Shown: positions 18,481-27,828 of the stretch, piece after piece
Position numbering within the stretch: the first letter of the stretch is position 1
How the letters are laid out: every line of letters starts with the position of its first letter
Sequence record: OQ722176.1
Reading direction: 5' to 3' (one strand)
DNA length: 64,000 bases
The notes under the pieces: generated by a model
What the model saw: the letters and a program-made list of their open reading frames with translations, nothing else
Database searches by the model: none
Told to the model about the DNA's origin: nothing
Program-made: the position numbers and the translations under genes

Positions 18481-18743
18481 TCATGGAATGGGGTATATTT
18501 TCATTAGTGTGTGCTTGCATTGCTGTGTTTCTTATCACCAAAAAAGACAAGTGCAAGCATGATTGGGTCAAAGTCATCGACGAGACATCACAATCAATGG
18601 GTGAGAAGTACGGTGAAATGACTGGTAAAGTTCCGTCGGCTCGTAATTCATACGCTCTTGAAGAACTGACCAAGCGCAAACGTATCATCATCCTTAAATG
18701 TGCCAAATGTGGTAAGCTAGACAAAACTGTGGAGACTGTCTAA
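18471..18743 (+). CDS. Membrane-anchored protein with CKH/CxxC motif
   Basis: TM, CKHDW, KCAKCGK. Confidence 0.7.
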   Translation: MELIMEWGIFSLVCACIAVFLITKKDKCKHDWVKVIDETSQSMGEKYGEMTGKVPSARNSYALEELTKRKRIIILKCAKCGKLDKTVETV

Positions 18744-19030
18744 TGCAATATACACTTGACTTACTCAACGAGAAGCTTGAATCTCTGAAGAAAGAACAAT
18801 TCGGCTGGGTTGTCGCGTTACCTCACAAACAAGGTAGTGACATTGCAACGGTTCAAGCAATCATCACTGATATTGCAGTGCAGATTACATCAATCGAGCA
18901 CGATATTAAACTCATTCAAGCAGCACGCGGGTTAAATGCAACGACTGTTAAGCAACTAGTCGATGCGCATTACAAAGAATACCACGGACTTGATGAGAAC
19001 GACAACTTTATTACACGAGCGGCAGAATAA
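18743..19030 (+). CDS. Hypothetical protein
   Basis: TAATG overlap. Confidence 0.7.
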   Translation: MQYTLDLLNEKLESLKKEQFGWVVALPHKQGSDIATVQAIITDIAVQITSIEHDIKLIQAARGLNATTVKQLVDAHYKEYHGLDENDNFITRAAE

Positions 19031-19854
19031 TGGAAATTGAAATCGAACGTAAATGGCTAGTAACTTCTGATCAATACCGAGAGTTTGTAAATTGGTTGCA
19101 CTATCGTGATAATGGTGCAATGAAGCTTAATATCTTTCAGCGTTACTTTAAGAAAGACGAAGTTAGCTACATCGACGGCGCGTTTCACATTAACAGCAAA
19201 GTCAAGAAAGGTCGCGAGTACGTCATAGACGCACCGAAAGACTGTCCTGATCTAACTGGCGTTAATCTACGCAAGCTAGGTGCTCGTATGCGCTTGACGA
19301 CTTCGGAACTGTTCTTTGACAAGCTAGAATTCACAATCAAGCTACCTCATGGCGATGGTATCTCGAAGCGAGAAATCAATATCCCGTTGGTATGGGGTTA
19401 CGCTGACCTGATCACCGACGCGATTAACAAAGACGATGAGCTAAATCGAAATACAACCGAAGTTCAACCAACCGGCTTGATTAAGAAAGTTCGTTGGACA
19501 GGCGAAGTTGACGAAGTGCATTATGACGCTGACCGTCTAACCAATCGTCCGTTTTACATCATCGAAGCTGAATTCAAAGACGAAGAAGAAGCAGATTCAT
19601 TCGTCGCTCCGTTTGAGTTCATTCGCGAAGTGACTGAAGATAAGCGTTTCAGCAACAAACGCATGGCATGGAATCATGATGTTGCGGACGGTCTTTCATC
19701 TAATCTTCGTATGTACATCGAGAAGCTTGAGAAAGAAGCTGACGCATTGCGCGGTGACACTCTTGTTTCCATGCGCGAAAGCGTGACAAACGAAATCATG
19801 GCAGAACGTTACGAGAAAATTGCTCGTGACTTGAAACAAATTATAGGTGCGTAA
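19030..19854 (+). CDS. CYTH / triphosphate tunnel metalloenzyme family protein
   Basis: N-terminal EIEIERKWLV (ExExK); IKKVR, IIEAEF, EVTED.RFSN. Confidence 0.85.
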   Translation: MEIEIERKWLVTSDQYREFVNWLHYRDNGAMKLNIFQRYFKKDEVSYIDGAFHINSKVKKGREYVIDAPKDCPDLTGVNLRKLGARMRLTTSELFFDKLEFTIKLPHGDGISKREINIPLVWGYADLITDAINKDDELNRNTTEVQPTGLIKKVRWTGEVDEVHYDADRLTNRPFYIIEAEFKDEEEADSFVAPFEFIREVTEDKRFSNKRMAWNHDVADGLSSNLRMYIEKLEKEADALRGDTLVSMRESVTNEIMAERYEKIARDLKQIIGA

Positions 19855-20336
19855 TGAAAGTCTATGCAATTCATATTAACAACTTATCCACAGGGATGAT
19901 GTGTGGTGAACCTATCGCGCAAGGCTGCTTTAATCTAATCGTAGACCGTTTACCAAGTGAAGCTATTTACGAACGTCATGGACGCTTTCTAATTAGTAAT
20001 ACAGACGGCGTTTGGCGTCACTTCACAATCGGTGAGAAAGGCGGATTTGGCGGTCGTACGTTTAAGCTACGTATGAAAGGTGGTATTGTATTCAAGAATA
20101 AAGGTTATCACTATGAAGAATTTCACGGTAATCTTTGGGATACTGCTGCGGCAATTGATAAGTGTGAAGAGCTTGCAGGTAGTCGCTTGATGAGTGTTTC
20201 ATTACGACCACACCATGATAATGGTTGTTTCATCGGCGGTTACTACTTCAGCCAAGATGAAGTTATTTTGAAGTTCAGTCATTTAATCCGTTTTGCTAAC
20301 CCAACACAGAACAGAGCAATAACATTCGGGGAATAA
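19854..20336 (+). CDS. Hypothetical protein
   Basis: GGFGGR.F.L...G....HGNLWD pattern; TAATG overlap. Confidence 0.7.
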   Translation: MKVYAIHINNLSTGMMCGEPIAQGCFNLIVDRLPSEAIYERHGRFLISNTDGVWRHFTIGEKGGFGGRTFKLRMKGGIVFKNKGYHYEEFHGNLWDTAAAIDKCEELAGSRLMSVSLRPHHDNGCFIGGYYFSQDEVILKFSHLIRFANPTQNRAITFGE

Positions 20337-20969
20337 ATGAAAATCAATAAATTTCAAGTTGACGGTAAGCCATTCATTCGAATTGACGACTTTCTAGAAC
20401 CAGAAGTCGTCGATCTGATTGAACACACGCTTAAAAACATCCCGTCGTGGGATCATGCTGATAATATCTTCGAGTTCAATACGATTGTCAAAGACAAAAC
20501 GGCAGTATTGCAAGGTGACCAATACCCATTGCGAACTGGCGTATTTGCTGAACTTGCTGAATCCATTCTTGACCGAATTCTAGAGATCATTGAATCTGAA
20601 TTTGACTGCAAGTATGATAAAGACGAACTGCGTAAGATCAACGTTTGGGAATATGCATTTCGCTTCAATACGTCATACTATGAACATGCAAACGATGAAA
20701 TGTTGTTTCACTATGACAGCAAAGGTGTGACATTCATGTATATGCCTTGCGACCAGAACGATGAAGGTACGTATTTCTATGCAGACGGCGATAGAAACAA
20801 GCACATTCACACGCTTGAACACAAGCGCGGATCGGTTGCTATCTTCAATGCAAGTGATATTATGCATTGTAGCGCGAGACCATCACCGTTAGATGAGTAT
20901 CGCTACAAGATGGTTTGGCAGTTTGTATTCCCGCCCCACTTGAAGCCAATTAGAGAAGTAATCGCATGA
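20337..20969 (+). CDS. 2OG-Fe(II) oxygenase family protein 1
   Basis: FHYD (HxD)...GTYF...IFNASDIMHC...R facial triad. Confidence 0.8.
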   Translation: MKINKFQVDGKPFIRIDDFLEPEVVDLIEHTLKNIPSWDHADNIFEFNTIVKDKTAVLQGDQYPLRTGVFAELAESILDRILEIIESEFDCKYDKDELRKINVWEYAFRFNTSYYEHANDEMLFHYDSKGVTFMYMPCDQNDEGTYFYADGDRNKHIHTLEHKRGSVAIFNASDIMHCSARPSPLDEYRYKMVWQFVFPPHLKPIREVIA

Positions 20970-21580
20970 AATACGAAAAATTTAAAGTTGATGGTTGTTC
21001 ATTCGTGTTGATTGAAGATCTATTGCCACCTGAGTTAGTCGATGCGTTGGAAATCGCACTCAATAAAGAACTTGATTGGCAACATGGTGATAATATCTTT
21101 GAGTTTTGCCATCATGTTAAAGATCGCGACGCGATATTGCAAGGTGATATGTTCGAGCTTGCAGACGATGAAGAGCTAACCGAGTTATCAACGCAGCTTC
21201 TTCAGCACGTTCTCGATTTCATCAAAGGTGAGTTCAATCACGAATTCACAATCGAAGAACTAAAACCATTATTTTCTCGCGAGAGAATACACCGATACAA
21301 GCCACATTACTATGATAATGCTCGTGGAAATCTTCTGTATCACCGTGATGCTAAAATGACGATTCTGTACATGCCATGTGGGTATTCAGACGAAGGCACG
21401 CATTTCTACGCTAATGATGATGTGAATCAGCTTGTATATACGATGAAACACAAGCGTGGTTTGATTGCACTATTCAACGGCGATATATTACATGCGCCTG
21501 CTAAGATGTCTGAGAAAGACACGACGCGAATAGTATTGACAATGCAATATATGACTCGCATCCAAGACATCATAGCATAG
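20966..21580 (+). CDS. 2OG-Fe(II) oxygenase family protein 2
   Basis: YHRD...GTHF...LFNGDILHA...R; paralogue of upstream gene. Confidence 0.8.
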   Translation: MKYEKFKVDGCSFVLIEDLLPPELVDALEIALNKELDWQHGDNIFEFCHHVKDRDAILQGDMFELADDEELTELSTQLLQHVLDFIKGEFNHEFTIEELKPLFSRERIHRYKPHYYDNARGNLLYHRDAKMTILYMPCGYSDEGTHFYANDDVNQLVYTMKHKRGLIALFNGDILHAPAKMSEKDTTRIVLTMQYMTRIQDIIA

Positions 21581-21587
21581 GTTAATC

Positions 21588-22115
21588 ATGAATAGTTACC
21601 GAGCAGAAATCCTAGCGTTAAAGAAGCGAGTTCACCAGCTTGAACAATTGGTTGGTGAACTAACAAAACGAGACGTTACACCCCGTAACGTTTTAGAAGA
21701 TGAAGACGAGCACATTTCATTGCACCCCGTAGATGATATGTTCGACATGTTCCGAATCAAACGCGAGTTGCTACAAGCAATGTCACAACAATCAGTACGG
21801 TATCTCGATATTACATTCGAGAACTACCCTGACGTTGCTAGACACAAGGTATATCAGAACCATCTAATGCAAGATGTTGGTATGTCAGATGCAGCACGCA
21901 AGAAGCTTGCAAAGACTCGCTATATGATTGCCGATGAAATGAATATCGGTGATGAATTCGAATGTCCCGGTTGTGGTGAAAAAGTCATCAAGAAGTCTTA
22001 TCAGCATCGTTTCTGTGGTGTGAAGAAACAAGGTCAGAGCAATTGCAAAGACTTCATCAACAACTGGTTTAACCCGAAGCGTTTAGAACGCACGTTGAAA
22101 TGGTTGGAATCGTAA
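21588..22115 (+). CDS. Hypothetical protein with C-terminal zinc finger
   Basis: CPGCG...FCG...C. Confidence 0.75.
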   Translation: MNSYRAEILALKKRVHQLEQLVGELTKRDVTPRNVLEDEDEHISLHPVDDMFDMFRIKRELLQAMSQQSVRYLDITFENYPDVARHKVYQNHLMQDVGMSDAARKKLAKTRYMIADEMNIGDEFECPGCGEKVIKKSYQHRFCGVKKQGQSNCKDFINNWFNPKRLERTLKWLES

Positions 22116-22408
22116 TGCCTAGTACTACGTTAGTCTGCTTTGATTGCAGAACGACAAAACGAGAGATCTCGATTGCTTGTACGACATGGGAGAGAGATCG
22201 ACCAAGTTGTACTTGCCAACACTGCGGTCAAGATATGCATCGAGTCACATCGAGCATTCCTGTACCTAAAAAGAGTGATGACCGCGGATGGAAAGAAATG
22301 CTGAAGCATGTCAGCAAATGGAACATCGTTCGAGAAGAGAAAGATCGATGGTGGAATACTCAAAGATGCATGAGGTTGCGTGATGAAGCAAAGAATAGTA
22401 AAGTGTGA
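22115..22408 (+). CDS. Zinc-finger hypothetical protein
   Basis: CFDCR...CQHCGQDM. Confidence 0.7.
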   Translation: MPSTTLVCFDCRTTKREISIACTTWERDRPSCTCQHCGQDMHRVTSSIPVPKKSDDRGWKEMLKHVSKWNIVREEKDRWWNTQRCMRLRDEAKNSKV

Positions 22409-22637
22409 AGACGGATATGGTAGAATTTATTACCGTATGCAGTTTAAAACATGGTACTTTCCATTCTGGCGATACATCAAGCGCGATAACGGTTACGGCG
22501 GTGACTACATCGTTGAGCGCGACACGCCAGAAGAGCTAGTGCAATTTCTACAAATCAAGCACATAAAAGAGCTTCATAAAAAGCGTGTGTTCAAAGAGGT
22601 GTATAATGATCAAGATTCTAAAAAGTATGGTGTCTAA
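22383..22637 (+). CDS. Hypothetical protein
   Basis: GAGG RBS. Confidence 0.65.
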   Translation: MKQRIVKCEDGYGRIYYRMQFKTWYFPFWRYIKRDNGYGGDYIVERDTPEELVQFLQIKHIKELHKKRVFKEVYNDQDSKKYGV

Positions 22638-22956
22638 GCGCAAGTGGGTTGTTGTCGGTCGTTCAGAGACGGTAGATTTATGGACAGTGACTACTAGACG
22701 ACCACAAGTGAAATGTCGCTTGCTATTGAAAGAAGACCAATTCGGCAATCGAGATTACGAACTTGATATGCTTGACGACTCGCCAGTGAACTACAATTCA
22801 AGCATCCGATACTGCATGATAGATCAGATTATCCCACGCGAGTACATTCACAAGTTTCTCAAAGGTTGGTCTGTAGATAAAGTAAATCGAATCTACGGTC
22901 AGAATGTTTTTAACATCGAGAAAACGCCATACGAATCTTTCAAAGATTGGCGATAA
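22606..22956 (+). CDS. Hypothetical protein
   Basis: GAGGTG RBS. Confidence 0.7.
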   Translation: MIKILKSMVSKRKWVVVGRSETVDLWTVTTRRPQVKCRLLLKEDQFGNRDYELDMLDDSPVNYNSSIRYCMIDQIIPREYIHKFLKGWSVDKVNRIYGQNVFNIEKTPYESFKDWR

Positions 22957-22958
22957 TG

Positions 22959-22983
22959 AAAGCCCCTTGATTGGGGCTTTTTT
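22959..22983 (+). terminator. Intrinsic terminator (copy of 1574 element)
   Basis: AAAGCCCC-TTGATT-GGGGCTTT plus T run, then AGGTCTGAAGAAAAT. Confidence 0.85.
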
Positions 22984-23013
22984 AGGTCTGAAGAAAATAA
23001 TTGAAAAAAGTTA

Positions 23014-23058
23014 TTGACGAGTGTTTAGAATTTGCCTAATATGTGTCTATCGAAACGA
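23014..23058 (+). promoter_or_regulatory. Early promoter
   Basis: TTGACG-17-TAATAT then ATCGAAACGA variant leader. Confidence 0.8.
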
Positions 23059-23079
23059 AACACAGAAAGAGAGAAAATT

Positions 23080-23409
23080 ATGACTACAATCACTGTAATG
23101 AGCGACACGCACTTCGGTCACGCTTCTGTATCATCAAATGACCTTGTTACAAAGCTCTTCAAAGAAGTGCTTCGAACTAACAATATTGCTTATCATAAAC
23201 TGTACCGCGAGAAACGCACGTCAAAGCATCGTAGCAACGTTGACGGCAAGAGCGTACGCTTTGTTGGGATTAGTCGTAAAACGTCTCAGAAAGCGATTGA
23301 GAGCGTTCTACGCGAGTTTAACGACATGCTTCCAGATGATTACGTTGCTGAGTTCAAGCCGTCGTGGTCTCCATATGCATGTGCATCATTTCAAATTTTC
23401 AGGAAGTAA
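23080..23409 (+). CDS. Hypothetical early protein
   Basis: GAGAG RBS. Confidence 0.75.
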   Translation: MTTITVMSDTHFGHASVSSNDLVTKLFKEVLRTNNIAYHKLYREKRTSKHRSNVDGKSVRFVGISRKTSQKAIESVLREFNDMLPDDYVAEFKPSWSPYACASFQIFRK

Positions 23410-23411
23410 TT

Positions 23412-23756
23412 ATGAAGAAAGACGTTAGTCGCCTTACTGTAGGCGACATCACATACGATACATTCTGGAATAGCACTGAATGTCTTAAAGAAGGCAAGTA
23501 CTTGCTGACTGGTGTTCAGAAAGACGGTGAGAAATTGCCTGAATATGAACATGATGATCTTGAGCACATCGTTGCCGTGATTGAGCAATCAATCACAGAT
23601 CGAACTAGCGGTTCATTCGCGAGACAGTTCAATCGTCATATTGTAATTGAATCAACCGAAGATGTTCTACACGTGCGACTAGGTTATGGTTCACATGATC
23701 ACAAATCGCCTGGTGGTTATCTTCACGAAATTAAAATCGAGGTAAAAAATGACTAA
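23412..23756 (+). CDS. Hypothetical protein
   Basis: AGGA RBS. Confidence 0.7.
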   Translation: MKKDVSRLTVGDITYDTFWNSTECLKEGKYLLTGVQKDGEKLPEYEHDDLEHIVAVIEQSITDRTSGSFARQFNRHIVIESTEDVLHVRLGYGSHDHKSPGGYLHEIKIEVKND

Positions 23757-24159
23757 AGGTTGGTCAGATTATGAGCTTGAAGGTCGCTCGAAACCAAAAG
23801 AACCTGAGCGTCACAAAATGCAAGACTCAGTTGATGAAATGTGTCGTGTAATGAAAGACGAACATGAACGTTTTTCAGTTTCAACACACACAGTCGATTT
23901 CGATAACGGTATTGAATTGTGGCGCGGTGATATGACACGTATCTGGGCAGGTCGTTCTACGCAGATTGTATTTACTGAATCACAAGCACGACAATTACGT
24001 GATGCGTATGAAATCGGCATGAAAACGAAAAAAACAAAAGCGCAAGAAGAGATTGAACGTCTATTCTTGCCTCGCGAACCTGAAGAAGTCGAAGCGCCTG
24101 CACTAGTGCTTAGTACACCTGAATCATCTGACAAACGTTGGTGGGAGTTTTGGAAATGA
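23749..24159 (+). CDS. Hypothetical protein
   Basis: GAGG RBS; ends KRWWEFWK, a membrane-associating tail. Confidence 0.7.
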   Translation: MTKGWSDYELEGRSKPKEPERHKMQDSVDEMCRVMKDEHERFSVSTHTVDFDNGIELWRGDMTRIWAGRSTQIVFTESQARQLRDAYEIGMKTKKTKAQEEIERLFLPREPEEVEAPALVLSTPESSDKRWWEFWK

Positions 24160-24620
24160 AATCACAAGAAGAAATGACACGTCAAATGCTGAGAACACGA
24201 GCAGCCGTTGGTTTGTTTGACACTGACATCACGTTCCAAGAAGCGTTAAACGATGATTTATCACATCGTGGTCAGCGTGTAATGTCAGCGTTGCCAGACA
24301 ACATTCAATACATGTGGCAGAAGCGCGACGAAATGAACGACAAAATCTTAGCTGAGATCAGTCGTGTTGAAAAACGAATCGACAAAACGCTTTGCGAAAT
24401 CAACGACCCGTTGCACGCAATCGGCAAGCAAGTTGTCAAGAAATCTGGCAAGCCATTCAAAGGCGGCGAAGAGATTGTACGAGTGACTGGTATTACTAAG
24501 CACCCACACACTGAGGGTTACGCATTCACGTACAACTATTCAGAAGACAACGGTCAGCTTGCACAGTCGTACATTCACACGTCGATGGTAATCATCAATT
24601 ACTCAGATTTGAAATTATGA
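24156..24620 (+). CDS. Hypothetical protein
   Basis: ATGA overlap; C-terminal V.KKSGKPFK.G...V.G...HPHT phage motif. Confidence 0.7.
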   Translation: MKSQEEMTRQMLRTRAAVGLFDTDITFQEALNDDLSHRGQRVMSALPDNIQYMWQKRDEMNDKILAEISRVEKRIDKTLCEINDPLHAIGKQVVKKSGKPFKGGEEIVRVTGITKHPHTEGYAFTYNYSEDNGQLAQSYIHTSMVIINYSDLKL

Positions 24621-25087
24621 TCATCTACGAAAACGGTATACCAGTCAATCAACCAGATCCACAACAAGAGAGTAAAACAATGTTAGAAAAATTGAATGAA
24701 TTCGTAAAAGCAAAGCCACTTGTATCACTTGCAATCGCAGTTGCGCTAGGCGTAATCGGCACTAAAGTGATTCAGTCTGACCCATTAGCTGAAAAGCCAT
24801 TGTTGAAATATCGTGTAGTCTATGAATACAACAAAGACTACGGACGTGACTGTGGTGATTTAGGTAACGGTTACTACTGGTACACGCAAGAACTCAACGA
24901 AGGTATTATCTTCGATAACTGGAAACCAAGCGGCTGGTGTGCTAAAACAGAAAGCGAAGCACGTTCGTTAGCCGAATCCGCAATTAAGAAACGCATCGAA
25001 ACTGAAAACTCGAAAGCGCGTGTTTACCAAGCATGGGCTACCAAAGAAGATTCTGTTCGATTCGAACCACTAAAGGTGATTGAATGA
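24617..25087 (+). CDS. Membrane-anchored hypothetical protein
   Basis: Single TM segment. Confidence 0.7.
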   Translation: MIIYENGIPVNQPDPQQESKTMLEKLNEFVKAKPLVSLAIAVALGVIGTKVIQSDPLAEKPLLKYRVVYEYNKDYGRDCGDLGNGYYWYTQELNEGIIFDNWKPSGWCAKTESEARSLAESAIKKRIETENSKARVYQAWATKEDSVRFEPLKVIE

Positions 25088-25413
25088 TCAGTTTAACGAC
25101 TTTACTTGCACTGTTCGCAGTGCATTTTATCGCTGATTTCTTCGTACAGACTGAACACCAAGCGTTAAACAAGAGCAAAAACATTTGGCCATTAGCAAGA
25201 CACTGCATCACGTATGCAATCTGTTTCTTGCCATTTGGTATCGTGTTTGCAATCTTAACTGGCATGATGCACATGGTCGTTGACTATGCGACTTCAAAAA
25301 TGACAAGCTCACTTTGGGCGAAAGGTGAAACTCGTAAGTTCTTCCAAGTCATTGGCTTAGACCAGTTCTTACATGCAGCTAGTTTGGTAACAATGTACGT
25401 TATTTTAAACTAA
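25084..25413 (+). CDS. DUF3307-family membrane protein
   Basis: HFIADFFVQT...K...H...H..VD...GLDQFLH. Confidence 0.8.
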   Translation: MISLTTLLALFAVHFIADFFVQTEHQALNKSKNIWPLARHCITYAICFLPFGIVFAILTGMMHMVVDYATSKMTSSLWAKGETRKFFQVIGLDQFLHAASLVTMYVILN

Positions 25414-25420
25414 TTGAAGA

Positions 25421-25465
25421 AAAGTGGTTGCTCTATGCAGCCACTTTCTGTATTATAGCTACATC
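25421..25465 (+). promoter_or_regulatory. Fused terminator and early promoter
   Basis: AAAGTGGTTGC-TCTAT-GCAGCCACTTT; -35 TTGCTC (25428), -10 TATTAT (25451), AGCTACATC. Confidence 0.85.
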
Positions 25466-25496
25466 AAATGACGAGTTAAACAAAAAAGAGAACATT

Positions 25497-25745
25497 ATGA
25501 AAATCAATCTACGCAAACTTCTAATGTGGTGGGACGAACAAGAGCAACTAGCTGACGTATTCACGAACTTTGTTCTTGAGTACGCAATGATAGCTGGCTC
25601 AGATAACTTCGTATCAGACTACGCACGTGTTCTACGCGAATCTGGTAAGTTCACTGTACCAAATCTAGCTGACTTAGAATCTCTTCTTCGTCATGCAGGT
25701 CTTAAAACTGAGTTTGACGGTCGTCATACTCGCATCACACTTTAA
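25497..25745 (+). CDS. Hypothetical early protein
   Basis: AGAGAACATTATG start. Confidence 0.75.
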   Translation: MKINLRKLLMWWDEQEQLADVFTNFVLEYAMIAGSDNFVSDYARVLRESGKFTVPNLADLESLLRHAGLKTEFDGRHTRITL

Positions 25746-25754
25746 GAGGTCAAT

Positions 25755-26171
25755 ATGTTAAAGAAAATCTGGTATTCTATATTCGGTGACCCTGAATGGC
25801 GTGTTGCAGGGTACACCAAGCAGCAATCATTTTCAGTGACTGATAGCAAATGGCATAGTGATGGTGACATCAAGTGTCGTGCAGTTGTTCTAGTTAACAA
25901 ACATGATCGTCGCAATATCAAAATCGTATACGACGAGTACAATTATTCTGGAACTTGCAGTGACATGTCTTTGATCAACAAGATATTGTCGCTGAAGAAA
26001 CAAAACTTGATTTACAGTAGCATTTCAACGAAGAAGCTCAACACGTACGATGGTTTTGATTTGTGTGAACACCATGAAGCATTCTACGATTGGGAAGCAT
26101 TCAACAACGATTTCGTTTACGGTGTAACAGACTTGAGTGGTCGTTTAATCGAGAAAAGCGAAGCGAAATAA
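25755..26171 (+). CDS. Hypothetical protein
   Basis: GAGG RBS. Confidence 0.7.
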   Translation: MLKKIWYSIFGDPEWRVAGYTKQQSFSVTDSKWHSDGDIKCRAVVLVNKHDRRNIKIVYDEYNYSGTCSDMSLINKILSLKKQNLIYSSISTKKLNTYDGFDLCEHHEAFYDWEAFNNDFVYGVTDLSGRLIEKSEAK

Positions 26172-26201
26172 ACCAAAGAGGCGGAAAAATTCCGTCTCAT
26201 C

Positions 26202-26250
26202 TTAGTAGAATTAGTGGTTTTAGTGAAGTTAGTAATATTAGGAGTATTAG
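26202..26250 (+). repeat. Six TTAG tetramers at exact 9-bp spacing
   Basis: TTAG at 26202, 26211, 26220, 26229, 26238, 26247, ending at the lipoprotein ATG. Confidence 0.75.
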
Positions 26251-26955
26251 ATGAAAAGAGCAATTCTAGTCGCGTTAGCAGTTGCAACACTTGCTGGTTG
26301 TAGTAAGCCTGCACCAACGCTTAAAGACAAAACTGACCCGACATTCAAAGTCGTTGAGAAAGTAGTCAATGCGAAAGAGCGAGAAATGATCAACTACTGG
26401 TTAGCAGACGCTGACGGTAGCAACTACTTGTACAAAGAAACATGGCGTGCTCTTGCAACTCGAAACAAATACGGTGAAAGTGCTGTACGTCGCGACGACA
26501 GTAAAATCCCGTTCTGTGACGTGATTGCAGCGATTGGTAAATCTGAAGAAGGCATTCGTAACACATACGAACGTACGTTCAACAATCAGTGGCGTTCTCA
26601 GTACGGGATTAGCTTGAATGAGCAATGTGGTTATGTTAAGCCAGAATCGCTCGACGAAGCAGCCGCGAGAATTGAAGAGCTTGAAATGAAAGCTGATCTG
26701 GTTCGTCGTGAAGCTGAAGCACAATCGACGCAAATCAAAACGCTCAATGATGTCAACGACGCGACGGTTGAATTACTTGACCCACACGAGTATGATTACT
26801 TAATCGAGTCTGCACGCGACTGTAACCGTGCTAAAACGAAATTGTTGACGCTTACCCAAGCTGGCAAGCCATTGACGCAAGCCGACGGCTCAGACGCACG
26901 TAAGCTAATCATTGAATGTAAAATGCATCAACTTGAAGTTGAACTTAATAAGTGA
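26251..26955 (+). CDS. Lipoprotein, paralogue 1
   Basis: Signal peptide with lipobox LAGC; four further Cys shared with 39593 gene. Confidence 0.8.
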   Translation: MKRAILVALAVATLAGCSKPAPTLKDKTDPTFKVVEKVVNAKEREMINYWLADADGSNYLYKETWRALATRNKYGESAVRRDDSKIPFCDVIAAIGKSEEGIRNTYERTFNNQWRSQYGISLNEQCGYVKPESLDEAAARIEELEMKADLVRREAEAQSTQIKTLNDVNDATVELLDPHEYDYLIESARDCNRAKTKLLTLTQAGKPLTQADGSDARKLIIECKMHQLEVELNK

Positions 26956-26962
26956 GAATCAT

Positions 26963-27760
26963 ATGCTACACACACATCAAGCAATTGAAGACCTAAGAAT
27001 CAAAATGCATCCGTTTGACATTATCGCTAATGCAAACAACGACGAAAGCTCAGTGCGGGAATGGCGCAACTGTCCTGAAGTTAATACGGGTAATGTTTAT
27101 AACAAGTCAGTGCTACCATCGTGGGTTATTCGTGAGTTTCACTGGCGTGACATCGGGTTCAATGAACCAGTACTAGGCGACTTGGCAGTTGAATACAAGA
27201 CATCGAAAAATGAGATTGGCAAATGTCAGTCGCATTATCTCGGTAATCTTGATGATGTGAAATTCTGGCGCCCTGACCTTGTGTCATTAAATGCTCAGTA
27301 CATTGATTCAACTGACGTGCAACTAGCACTTGCTGAACTTCAAGCCGTTGAATTGTTCGACGACTCACAAGGCTTTGCTGAAGGTCGACCTGATCCAGTT
27401 AATCATAACGAACATGGTGTGACTGACGACGAACTTGAGGCAGCAATTGCTGAAGCTGAAGAAGCCGCGGCACTTGCAGATCTTGATTTTGTTGAAGCGC
27501 ATAAGATTCAGCTTTTTGATCCAGAACATGTTTATCATGCGAACGAAAAGCATTATATTATCGGTGACGACCCGTTCGATGATGATTACTGTTATGCATT
27601 GAATGCTTCAAAGTATCCACAGCGAATTGCGAAATCTCAAGTTGTGAGCGCAGAAGAATACCAACAAGCCGAAGTATTGAAATCTCAGTTCCCACAAATG
27701 TGGACAACGCAAGACTATGCACGACTAGCTAAACACATTCAAGCTAAATCTAAGCAGTAA
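26963..27760 (+). CDS. Hypothetical acidic protein
   Basis: Long ORF; GAGA RBS before ATG 26963. Confidence 0.75.
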   Translation: MLHTHQAIEDLRIKMHPFDIIANANNDESSVREWRNCPEVNTGNVYNKSVLPSWVIREFHWRDIGFNEPVLGDLAVEYKTSKNEIGKCQSHYLGNLDDVKFWRPDLVSLNAQYIDSTDVQLALAELQAVELFDDSQGFAEGRPDPVNHNEHGVTDDELEAAIAEAEEAAALADLDFVEAHKIQLFDPEHVYHANEKHYIIGDDPFDDDYCYALNASKYPQRIAKSQVVSAEEYQQAEVLKSQFPQMWTTQDYARLAKHIQAKSKQ

Positions 27761-27767
27761 TTTCTAG

Positions 27768-27797
27768 TGCGGGTTGAACAGTCAGCCCGCATAAATA
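27768..27797 (+). promoter_or_regulatory. Hairpin overlapping a T4-type late promoter
   Basis: TGCGGGTTGA-ACAG-TCAGCCCGCA followed by CATAAATA (27790-27797), 31 nt before ATG. Confidence 0.7.
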
Positions 27798-27828
27798 GTT
27801 CTATATGGACTAATAAGGAATTACTAAA

